64,000 nt of DNA from an uncultured delta proteobacterium (GTDB lineage: Bacteria; Desulfobacterota; Syntrophia; Syntrophales; UBA5619). Within the stretch, counting starts at the first letter, position 1, and every line of letters begins with the position of its first letter. The notes beneath the pieces are model-generated. The model saw only the letters and a program-made list of their open reading frames with translations. It had not been told where the DNA came from and searched no databases. Of this stretch, positions 10,152 through 18,611 are shown one piece after another. Made by a program: the position numbers and the translations under genes. The DNA lies in contig CAWFOM010000003.1 in NCBI GenBank assembly GCA_963817385.1, positions 1 to 64,000 on the forward strand, given 5' to 3'.

Positions 10152-12065
10152 CTATTCGCCTTGCTCAGGAGCCGTCGGAGGAGACGAATGGACACGATCA
10201 TCGGCGGATGGCGGGATAAACAGATCGCTGTCCCAGGCATGATCGTTGAGGGTGGGGTTCGCTTCCCGGTCATTGGTCAAGAGCTGCTCCTGGAGCTGAA
10301 CCTGTTCCCGGACGGTGAAGATATAGGCGCTCTCGTCATGGCGGTGCGGCGCCAGTTTGTGCATGGCCGCTTCATCATACTTCAAGAAGTTCTGTCCCGC
10401 CCGGGTGGCGCTGTACCTGCGGTAGCCCAGCTTGACCAAGCAATCGATCCCCACGCGCACGGAGGTATCGAGAGATTCCCGGTAAATATCCTTGATCCCC
10501 ATATCCATCAATTCGTAGGCGTCGAAACGGTTTTCGGCGCGGGCCATGATGGTGAGATGGGGAAAGAGCTGCTGCGCTTTTGCGATCAGGTCCTGATTGA
10601 TCGCCGGTGAACCGATGGCGGCAATCAGGATTTTAGCCCGGTCGGCCCCGGCGGCTTTGAGGATGTCGATGCGCGTGGCATCGCCGTAGAACACCTTGAA
10701 CCCCATTTTTCTGAGCAGATCGACGCGGTCGGAATCATTGTCGAGGATCGTGGCCTCGATCCCGTTCGCCCGCAGGAACCGGCCGATGGTGCTGCCGAAG
10801 GGACCGAACCCGGCGAGGATGACCGGGTGATGCAGGTCGATGGCATCGGCCTCCTTTTCCGCCTTCTCCTTGACGCCGAAGCGGGGAAGAATGAACCTCT
10901 CATTGATCAGCAAGAGCAGAGGGGTCGCGGTCATGCTGATGGCGGTAACCCCCATGAGCGTATCCGTCCATTCTGCGGAGAGAAGATTAAGCTGGTGCAT
11001 GAAGGAAAAAAGGACGAAGGCAAACTCCCCGACCTGGGCCAAACCCAGGGAAAAGAAGAGATTCTGATCAAAGGTGAGCCGGGTCAGCGCCCCCGTCACA
11101 AACAGCACGCCGGATTTGATCGCAATGACGCCGCAGACGAGGGCGATCACCGTCAGCGGACGGTTCAGGATCAGGCCGAAGTTGATGGACGCCCCGACGG
11201 AGATGAAAAACAGGCCGAGCAGGATCCCCTTGAAGGGCTCGATGTCGCTTTCCAGCTCGTGACGATACTCGCTGTTGGCCAGGACAACGCCTGCCAGAAA
11301 TGTCCCGAGGGCGGGGCTCAGCCCCACCAGTTCCATGAGGTAGGCCGCAATCATAACGATGAACAGGGCGGAGGCCGTGAAGAGTTCCCGAAGATGGATG
11401 CGGGCGATGAACCGCAGAAAGGGGACCACCACGAAGCGGCCGCTCAGGATCACCGCCCCGACGGCGGACAGGAGGGCTATCGTCTGCGCCCACCCGGGCA
11501 ATCCCCCGATGAACGTGGCGTGTTCGGCTGCCGCGGTCGGGACCGCGGTAAGGGCCAAGAGCGGCAGCGCCGCCAGGATGGGGATGACCGACATGTCCTG
11601 AAACAAAAGGACGGCAAACGCGCTTATCCCCGACTGCGTCCGGTCCAGACCCTTTTCCCGCAGGGTTTGCAGGACGATCGCCGTAGACGACATGGAGAGG
11701 GCCAACGCGATGGCCAGAGCCGGCTGCCAGCCGAATCCGGCCTGCGTGAATACCGCGACAAAAAGCAGGGTGGTCACGCACATCTGGGCCGCGCCGGACC
11801 CCAGGATGAGATGGCGCATTCCCCAGAAATGGGCGGGTTCCAGTTCCAGCCCGATGAGGAAGAGCATCATCACCACGCCGAATTCGGCGAAATGGATGAC
11901 CTCCTTCCCTTCTCCGCCGACGAGGCCGAGGGCGAAAGGACCGATCGTGATGCCGGCCAGGAGGTATCCCAGGACCGACCCCATGCCCAGCCGTTTGGCG
12001 ACAGGAACGAAAACGATCGCCGCCGCGAGATAGATGAGGGCGTCCTGCAGAAAGGTGTGGTTCAT
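10152..12065 (-). CDS. kefC: Glutathione-regulated K+/H+ antiporter KefB/KefC family with TrkA-N domain
   Basis: LGSVLGYL, AEFGVVMMLFLIGLEL, YRHELESDIEPFKG, VFYGDATR. Confidence 0.9.
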   Translation of the reverse strand: MNHTFLQDALIYLAAAIVFVPVAKRLGMGSVLGYLLAGITIGPFALGLVGGEGKEVIHFAEFGVVMMLFLIGLELEPAHFWGMRHLILGSGAAQMCVTTLLFVAVFTQAGFGWQPALAIALALSMSSTAIVLQTLREKGLDRTQSGISAFAVLLFQDMSVIPILAALPLLALTAVPTAAAEHATFIGGLPGWAQTIALLSAVGAVILSGRFVVVPFLRFIARIHLRELFTASALFIVMIAAYLMELVGLSPALGTFLAGVVLANSEYRHELESDIEPFKGILLGLFFISVGASINFGLILNRPLTVIALVCGVIAIKSGVLFVTGALTRLTFDQNLFFSLGLAQVGEFAFVLFSFMHQLNLLSAEWTDTLMGVTAISMTATPLLLLINERFILPRFGVKEKAEKEADAIDLHHPVILAGFGPFGSTIGRFLRANGIEATILDNDSDRVDLLRKMGFKVFYGDATRIDILKAAGADRAKILIAAIGSPAINQDLIAKAQQLFPHLTIMARAENRFDAYELMDMGIKDIYRESLDTSVRVGIDCLVKLGYRRYSATRAGQNFLKYDEAAMHKLAPHRHDESAYIFTVREQVQLQEQLLTNDREANPTLNDHAWDSDLFIPPSADDRVHSSPPTAPEQGE

Positions 12066-12685
12066 GATGCCGCCTCCCCCGGGGCCTGATTGAGCCAATC
12101 ATTGAGAAAAGCGAATCGCCGGATCGCCTCGACGCTGAAATCCCCCTGCGACAGCCGCTCCAGGAGCGTGCGGTAGAGCGCGGCGTGAAGCGCCAGCTGC
12201 GCCTCCGAAAGGAGGTGGGTCCCCTGCACGACAAACGGCGGCAGATAGGTCATCTTGCAGAGGGTGGCCGTCTGGTCGAAGGGGGCCAGGAATTCCCGGA
12301 CCGTAAAGCGGTTGTACCCCTTTGCCGCATACACCTCCCGGGTACCCCCAGAGGTCAGGGCGTTAAAGATGATCTTGTCTTTTACAGCATCCCCCCCTCG
12401 GCCGTGGGCCCATCCGAATTCGAGAACCAGATCTATCCACTGCTTGAGTAGGGCCGGAGCGCCGTACATATAGAACGGATGATGCCATATGATGATCTGA
12501 TGCGCGGCCAGCAATTGTTTTTCCTCATCGACATCGACATTGAAGTCGGGATATCGTTCGTACAGATCCCGGATCGTGACCGACTCCATCCTATCGGCCG
12601 CACCGAGAAGCGCACGGTTAACCCGCGAATGTTCAAAACGCGGATGGGCGAAAAGAATCAGAATGTTATTCACCGGGGTTCTCAC
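12062..12685 (-). CDS. kefG: KefF/KefG-type flavodoxin-fold ancillary protein
   Basis: LFAHPRFEHSRVN, DLYERYPDF, PALLKQWIDLV; overlaps the kefC start. Confidence 0.85.
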   Translation of the reverse strand: MRTPVNNILILFAHPRFEHSRVNRALLGAADRMESVTIRDLYERYPDFNVDVDEEKQLLAAHQIIIWHHPFYMYGAPALLKQWIDLVLEFGWAHGRGGDAVKDKIIFNALTSGGTREVYAAKGYNRFTVREFLAPFDQTATLCKMTYLPPFVVQGTHLLSEAQLALHAALYRTLLERLSQGDFSVEAIRRFAFLNDWLNQAPGEAAS

Positions 12686-12769
12686 CTCATAACTCCTCTG
12701 CCGGAACGGCTAGTAAATTACCACAGAAACCGCTCTGGTCATAGGAAGAAATGAAATTGAAAAATCATC

Positions 12770-12796
12770 TTGACAACGTCCCGGCTCTGGTATAAA
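12770..12796 (+). promoter_or_regulatory. Putative promoter of the ilv leader
   Basis: TTGACA at 12770 and TGG-TATAAA at 12788-12796 (short 15-bp spacer, extended -10-like). Confidence 0.4.
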
Positions 12797-12831
12797 AATA
12801 CAGCCATCTTAAATATTGAAAGGGAGTTTGA

Positions 12832-12921
12832 ATGATCCATCAGTCGTTGTTAAGCAGCCTGCTTCTCGTCATTAGCGTCGTAGTACTCGTACGCGCAGGG
12901 GCTGCTGCTCGGCGTCTTTGA
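12832..12921 (+). CDS. Branched-chain amino acid attenuator leader peptide (29 aa, not in ORF track)
   Basis: AGGGAG RBS then MIHQSLLSSLLLVISVVVLVRAGAAARRL*; Leu/Ile/Val run upstream of ilvB and followed by terminator hairpins. Confidence 0.85.
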   Translation: MIHQSLLSSLLLVISVVVLVRAGAAARRL

Positions 12922-12944
12922 TGGGTTGACCTAAAAAAGATGAG

Positions 12945-13021
12945 AGCCGCGAGCCCCTGAAGGCCGCGGCTTTTTTGTTTTCTTCCCAAGCCGCGGTTCG
13001 GGGAAACCGGCGGCTTTTTTT
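12945..13021 (+). terminator. Tandem attenuator terminators upstream of ilvB
   Basis: AGCCGCG..CGCGGCT+TTTTT (12945-12976) and AAGCCGCGGTT..AACCGGCGGCTT+TTTTT (12988-13021). Confidence 0.8.
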
Positions 13022-13042
13022 ATGACGGGAAAGGAGCACGAC

Positions 13043-14701
13043 ATGAATACCATAGGAGCGGATATCGTTTTGAAAACCCTCGTGGAGGAAGGGGTGGACG
13101 TGATCTTCGGCTATCCCGGCGCGAACACCCTTCCGCTCAACGACCGCATGGCCGACAGCCCCATCCGGCATTACCTCATGCGCCACGAACAGGCGGCCGC
13201 CCATGCCGCCGACGGCTATGCCCGCGCGACGGGCAAGGTGGGGGTCTGCCTCTCCACCTCGGGTCCCGGCGCGACGAACCTCGTCACGGGGATCGCCACC
13301 GCCTACATGGATTCAACGCCGATGGTCGCAATCACCGCCCAGGTCAACAGCGACCTGTGGGGCAGAGATGCCTTCCAGGAGACGGATATCATCGGGATCA
13401 CGATGCCCATCACGAAGCACAGCCTCATGGTCCGGGACGTGAACCAGCTCGCCTCGTCCATCAGGCAGGCGTTCCAGCTCGCGAGCACCGGCCGGACCGG
13501 ACCGGTACTGGTCGACATCCCGAAGGACATCCTGACCGCCTGCTGCACCGAACAGCCGAAAAAGCCGCAGGCGGCCGCCCCGAAGCGCATCGAGAACCGG
13601 GAGGAGTTGGAGCGGATCGCCCAGGCCCTCAACCGGAGCGAACGGCCGGTCCTGATCATCGGCGGCGGGGTGAAGCTGGGCGACGCCTGCCTCCAGATGA
13701 GCGAGCTCGTGCAGCAGGGCCAGCTCCCCTTCGTCACGACGATGATGGGAATCGGCTCGGTCTCCTCCGCCAACGGCTTCAATCTCGGCTTCATCGGCAC
13801 ACACGGCAACGAGCTGGCCAATCGGATCATCCACGATTCCGATTTCATCCTCGCCCTCGGCACCCGCTTCACGGAGCGGAGCACTTCCGTCATCGAGGAG
13901 TTCGCCCCGCTTGCCACCGTCGCCCAGATCGACATCGATCCCACTTCCATCGGGAAGAACATTACTGTGGACCTCCCCTTCGTGGGAGACATCCAGGAGG
14001 CGCTCACGGAGCTCATCCCCCAGATCGTTCCCAACAAACGGGACGCCTGGATGGAGCGGATCCGGACGGAGCGGCAGGCCCAGGAGGAGAAACTGATCGA
14101 CGGCGGCTGCGGCCAGGCGGGAACCCTCATCCGGAGTATCCAGGAGGCCATGCCCGGCGAGACGATCGTCGTCCCGGATGTGGGCCTCAACCAGATCTGG
14201 ACGGTCCGCACCTGGCAGACCCGTTCCCCCCGGGGTCTTCTGACAAGCGGCGGGATGGGGACGATGGGCTTCTCGGTTCCCGCCGCCATCGGCGCCCAGG
14301 TGGGCGCCCCCGACCGGAACGTGGTCGTCATCTGCGGCGACGGGGGATTCTATATGAACATCCAGGAGCTGGCAACGATCAGTTATTATCGTTTGCCGAT
14401 CAAGATCGTCGTCATCAACAACGGCCACCTGGGAATGATCCGGCAGATGCAGGACCTCTGGTATGATGCCCGCTTCACGACGAGCGACTTGGGCGACCGG
14501 GTCGATCTGGTCGCGGTGGCCAAAGGGTTCGGCATCCCCGCGGAGCGCGTCACGGTGGACGAGGACCCGGCGGAGGCGATCGCTCGGATGAGCTCAGCCG
14601 ACAGCCCCTACATGCTGGAGGCGATGGTGGATCCGGACAACTACGTTTACCCGATCATCCCGCCGGGCTGCTCGAATGTGGAGATGATCTGCGGGAAGTA
14701 G
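13043..14701 (+). CDS. ilvB: Acetolactate synthase large subunit
   Basis: FGYPG, RHEQAAAHAADGYAR, TSGPGATN, DAFQETD, ThDP motif GDGGFYMN...NNGHLGM. Confidence 0.95.
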   Translation: MNTIGADIVLKTLVEEGVDVIFGYPGANTLPLNDRMADSPIRHYLMRHEQAAAHAADGYARATGKVGVCLSTSGPGATNLVTGIATAYMDSTPMVAITAQVNSDLWGRDAFQETDIIGITMPITKHSLMVRDVNQLASSIRQAFQLASTGRTGPVLVDIPKDILTACCTEQPKKPQAAAPKRIENREELERIAQALNRSERPVLIIGGGVKLGDACLQMSELVQQGQLPFVTTMMGIGSVSSANGFNLGFIGTHGNELANRIIHDSDFILALGTRFTERSTSVIEEFAPLATVAQIDIDPTSIGKNITVDLPFVGDIQEALTELIPQIVPNKRDAWMERIRTERQAQEEKLIDGGCGQAGTLIRSIQEAMPGETIVVPDVGLNQIWTVRTWQTRSPRGLLTSGGMGTMGFSVPAAIGAQVGAPDRNVVVICGDGGFYMNIQELATISYYRLPIKIVVINNGHLGMIRQMQDLWYDARFTTSDLGDRVDLVAVAKGFGIPAERVTVDEDPAEAIARMSSADSPYMLEAMVDPDNYVYPIIPPGCSNVEMICGK

Positions 14702-14710
14702 GGGGAAGAG

Positions 14711-14900
14711 CGATTGCGGAGCCGCATCTTCGTCCGGGCTCAGGATCTTTTTTCGACCATGATCATCCTCGTTGCGCTGCCGGGAAAAAACTCGCGCTAA
14801 AAGCGCTCAAACAGTTTTCCCGGCGGGCGCTCCGCTGCGGTGTCACGGTGCCCGGAAAAATCTCCAATGCGCCCCTCCCGAAGATGCAGCTCCGCAATCG
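14711..14900 (+). repeat. ~190-nt palindromic dispersed repeat, copy A (MITE/REP-like or structured RNA)
   Basis: 22-bp terminal inverted arms (21/22 match) around nested stems; core matches the reverse complement of 49311-49502. Confidence 0.85.
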
Positions 14901-14941
14901 TGGATAGGCGGGTGGTAAAAAAAGACTGAAAGGAACGGATT

Positions 14942-15436
14942 ATGGCCATTGAAGAACATACGATTTCGCTGCTCGTCAACAACCAGCCGGGTGTGCTCTC
15001 CCGAATCGCCGGCGTCTTCAGCAGCCGGGGGTACAACATCCTGAGCCTCTGCGTCGCCGAGACGACGAACCCGGAGATCTCCCGGATCACCCTGACCAGC
15101 CGGGCAGAGAGCGACTTCACGGAGAAGATCAAAAAACAGCTGGACAAGCTCGTCGACGTCATCTCCGTGACGGACTTCACGGGCACCCCCTCCGTACAGC
15201 GGGAGCTGATGCTCATAAGTCTCAGGCTCAGGGAGGAGAACCGCAAGGAGATCCTCCGGGCGATCGATATCTTCGGCTGCCGGGTGATCGCGATGCACGA
15301 GGACTCCCTGATCATGGAGATCTCGGCAAACAAAGACAAAACCGCCGCGATTCTCCGCTATTTCGAGCCGTTCGGCGTGGAGGAGATGAACCGGACGGGG
15401 GCGATCGCCGTCTTCCGCCAGCAGCGCGAAAGTTAA
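14942..15436 (+). CDS. ilvN: Acetolactate synthase small subunit
   Basis: LLVNNQPGVLSRIAGVFSSRGYNI, KQLDKLVDV, RELMLI, RTGAIA. Confidence 0.93.
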   Translation: MAIEEHTISLLVNNQPGVLSRIAGVFSSRGYNILSLCVAETTNPEISRITLTSRAESDFTEKIKKQLDKLVDVISVTDFTGTPSVQRELMLISLRLREENRKEILRAIDIFGCRVIAMHEDSLIMEISANKDKTAAILRYFEPFGVEEMNRTGAIAVFRQQRES

Positions 15437-15609
15437 GGGCCGATCCTCATGCGCAGGACCGCCGGATCGGGCGGGGACAGCAGTCGTTGCACCCGGCGGC
15501 GTCCCGGGGAGGATGGGAGCAGGCATAGGGTTTCACCGGGGTCGGATGACCTCGTAACAGTACGGGCCGGGGGTTCCGGCCCCGTTTCATACATAAAAAG
15601 GAGAATGAT

Positions 15610-16662
15610 ATGGCAAAGATCAAATTCGGCAGTGTTTGGGAAGAGGTCGTGACCTCTGAGGAATTTCCCTTGAGCAGGGCGCAGGAGGTCCTGAAGAACG
15701 AGACGGTGGCCGTCCTCGGTTACGGCGTTCAGGGACCGGGCCAAGCCCTGAACCTCCGCGACAACGGAATCCGCGTGATCGTCGGACAGCGGGAGGGCGG
15801 CAAAACCTGGGCAAAGGCCGTCGAGGACGGTTTCGTGCCGGGGAAGACCCTTTTCCCCGTCGAGGAGGCGGCCAAGCGGGGCACGATCATCCAGTACCTG
15901 CTGTCAGACGCGGGCCAGACCATCATGTGGCCGAAGATCAAGCCCTATCTGACCAAGGGCAAGACCCTCTATTTCTCCCACGGATTCTCCATCACCTACC
16001 GGGAGCAGACCGGCGTCATCCCGCCTCCGGATATCGACGTTATCCTCGTCGCCCCGAAAGGATCGGGCCGATCGCTGCGCACCAATTTCCTCGACGGAAG
16101 CGGGATCAACTCGAGCTATGCGATTTTCCAGGACTACACGGGGAAAGCGACGGAGAAGACCCTCGCCCTCGGGGTCGCCATCGGTTCGGGCTACCTCTTC
16201 CCGACAACCTTCGAGATGGAGGTGTACAGCGACCTGACCGGCGAGCGGGGCGTCCTGATGGGCTGCCTGGCCGGCGTCATGGAGGCGCAGTTCAACGTGC
16301 TTCGGAAGCACGGCCACAGCCCGAGCGAGGCCTTTAACGAAACCGTGGAGGAGCTGACCCAGAGCCTCATTCGGCTGGTCGCGGAAAACGGTATGGACTG
16401 GATGTACGCCAACTGCAGCACGACCGCCCAGCGTGGCGCCCTCGACTGGAAGGGTCCCTTCCGGGAGGCCGTCGCCCCGGTATTCGACAAGCTCTACGAG
16501 AGCGTCCACTCCGGGGAGGAGACGCGGATCGTCCTTTCGGTGAACAACGCCCCCGACTACCGGGAGAAGCTCGACGCCGAGTTGGAGGAGATGAACAACC
16601 TGGAGCTCTGGCAGGCCGGCGCCGCCGTTCGCTCCCTCAGGCCGGAAAACCGGAAAGGGTAA
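15610..16662 (+). CDS. ilvC: Ketol-acid reductoisomerase
   Basis: GYGVQGPGQALNLRDNG, FSHGF, VAPKGSG, DLTGERGVLMG, CSTTAQRG. Confidence 0.95.
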   Translation: MAKIKFGSVWEEVVTSEEFPLSRAQEVLKNETVAVLGYGVQGPGQALNLRDNGIRVIVGQREGGKTWAKAVEDGFVPGKTLFPVEEAAKRGTIIQYLLSDAGQTIMWPKIKPYLTKGKTLYFSHGFSITYREQTGVIPPPDIDVILVAPKGSGRSLRTNFLDGSGINSSYAIFQDYTGKATEKTLALGVAIGSGYLFPTTFEMEVYSDLTGERGVLMGCLAGVMEAQFNVLRKHGHSPSEAFNETVEELTQSLIRLVAENGMDWMYANCSTTAQRGALDWKGPFREAVAPVFDKLYESVHSGEETRIVLSVNNAPDYREKLDAELEEMNNLELWQAGAAVRSLRPENRKG

Positions 16663-16692
16663 AACGCCCCCACCCTTCGCAGCAAATTGCCG

Positions 16693-16734
16693 CCCGGCAT
16701 CCCTCCTCTCCACAAGTGGGGGATGCCGGGTTTT
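16693..16734 (+). terminator. Intrinsic terminator after ilvC (between convergent genes)
   Basis: CCCGGCATCCC...GGGATGCCGGG stem followed by TTTT. Confidence 0.7.
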
Positions 16735-16764
16735 CCCTTCCATTCACCGCACCGTATCGCCAAA

Positions 16765-17154
16765 TCATTTCATCGAGTGGAGGCCGATGCAATTGCCTTC
16801 CGAATCCTCGAAGTGCCCGATAAAGCCGTATTCCCCGATGCCCACCTTGGGATTGAGAATCTTGCCGCCGCTTTTGCCGGCCTTTTCGAGAACGCCGCTG
16901 ATATCCTCGACGCTGAAATAGATGAGGATTCCTGAACGAGACGGCATATACCGTTCACCCTGAACAAGCGAGCCCGAGGCGCCGGGGGCCTCATTCTCCA
17001 TCGGAAACCACGCCATATGCAAAGGCCCTGAGGAGCTGGGGAAAATCGGCGCCATTTCGTGCAGGGCAAGGCTGACATTAAGAACCTTTTCGTAAAACAC
17101 CTTGGCACGCTTCATATCCTTTACGGGAATTTCAAACCAAACTACCGGATTCAT
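16765..17154 (-). CDS. VOC/glyoxalase family protein
   Basis: MNPVVWFEIPVKDMKRAKVFYEKV...FEDSEGNCIGLHS. Confidence 0.9.
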   Translation of the reverse strand: MNPVVWFEIPVKDMKRAKVFYEKVLNVSLALHEMAPIFPSSSGPLHMAWFPMENEAPGASGSLVQGERYMPSRSGILIYFSVEDISGVLEKAGKSGGKILNPKVGIGEYGFIGHFEDSEGNCIGLHSMK

Positions 17155-17209
17155 GACAACCTCCTTTTTCTTTTTATAATTGAATTCATATCGTTCATCT
17201 CCAATCGGC

Positions 17210-17569
17210 TTACCGCGACTTGGCGTAATCGAGCATCCCTTGAAAGTCGACGACGACCGCCGGCTCGTTTCCGACCACCCATGCGTCGTGGCCGGCGGGG
17301 AGGAATGTAACATCCCCGGGCCGGGCCTCAAACTCGGTTCCGTCATCCATGCGAATCTTCAGCACGCCCGAGACATGATACTGGAAGTGAGGCGCTTCGC
17401 AACTCTTGGTTTTGGCAATCGGTTGCACCGACGTGGACCACCTCCAGCCGGGCTCGAAAACTCCCCGGCCGACCATTGCGCCGCCGATTTTGATGAGCTC
17501 CACACGTCCCTTCGGGAATTTCCGAACCTCATCAGGCGTCCCGAAACCCTTGCGTTCTGCCTTCTGCAT
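17210..17569 (-). CDS. Cupin domain protein
   Basis: FEPGWRWS, CEAPHFQYHVSG, LPAGHDAWVVG. Confidence 0.88.
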   Translation of the reverse strand: MQKAERKGFGTPDEVRKFPKGRVELIKIGGAMVGRGVFEPGWRWSTSVQPIAKTKSCEAPHFQYHVSGVLKIRMDDGTEFEARPGDVTFLPAGHDAWVVGNEPAVVVDFQGMLDYAKSR

Positions 17570-17883
17570 GTTCCACCTCCTGTTTTGATGATGTTTGCCA
17601 TTCCGGATCGGCCACCATCGGCTCTGCCGATCATTTCGAAAACAGCGTTGCCGAACACCCTACGCTTCTATCGGAACCGTTTCCGCGGGTACCTCCACGT
17701 TGCCGATTGAGATTGACGATATCAGTATCCCTGCATTTTCATCCCGATACAATGTGTGGAAAATGGAAGCAGAATGGTATGTAAAAGCTGCTCATTTCAT
17801 ACATGTGGAGGCCGGATTTTCGGAGACTCCTCTTCCTTGCAATCGCATCGCTATCCCCCTGCTTTTCGATACCAAAATATCCC

Positions 17884-17912
17884 TTGACAAGTAAAAACAG
17901 CCCTCCTATAGT
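17884..17912 (+). promoter_or_regulatory. Putative sigma70 promoter of the TRAP-GGT operon
   Basis: TTGACA-17 bp-TATAGT. Confidence 0.65.
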
Positions 17913-18059
17913 TCGACCCGTCGAAAGCAATGTCTTATCAACAGGCGAAACAGGGTGGCTAAACGGCCTCCGCCCCATTTTGATCATTGCCGGCCAATGT
18001 CAATTATGATCGGCTGTCCCAATGGAATCCAAGTAATGTGTGCGCCGTAAGAGGTCCTG

Positions 18060-18611
18060 ATGGCCGATTTTTCACCGAACTACTATAAGACGATCAAAAT
18101 CATCGACACGTTTACGGAGCGGACTGGTAACGCCTTCGCCTGGCTCTGCGTCCCGCTCGCGGTCGTCGTCTTCTACGAGGTGGTGTCGCGTTATTTCTTC
18201 GACGACCCGACGATCTGGTGCTACGACCTCTCCTACATGCTGTACGGCGCCCTGTTCATGCTCGGCGCAGCCTTCGCACTGCGCCGCGGCGCCCACATCC
18301 GCACCGACATGCTGTGGGAGAAATTCTCCGAAACCACCAAAGGCAAGATCGATTTCTATGCCTACATCCTGTTCTTTTTCCCGGGGATGATCCTGCTGTT
18401 CGCCACCAGTATCGACGACGCCTGGCATGCCTTCATGTTTGGCGAACTGGCCGACCAAACGCCCTGGCGCCCGTACCTGTGGCCGCTCAAATCGGTGGTA
18501 CCGCTTACCGCGTTGCTGATGCTGATCCAGGGTGTGTCGGAGATCCTGAAAAGCTGGTACATGATGCGCACCGGCAAGGAGTTCGAGCACAAGATCGGGG
18601 GCGAGATATGA
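18060..18611 (+). CDS. TRAP transporter small permease (DctQ-like)
   Basis: YEVVSRYFF, GAHIRTD, four hydrophobic segments. Confidence 0.9.
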   Translation: MADFSPNYYKTIKIIDTFTERTGNAFAWLCVPLAVVVFYEVVSRYFFDDPTIWCYDLSYMLYGALFMLGAAFALRRGAHIRTDMLWEKFSETTKGKIDFYAYILFFFPGMILLFATSIDDAWHAFMFGELADQTPWRPYLWPLKSVVPLTALLMLIQGVSEILKSWYMMRTGKEFEHKIGGEI

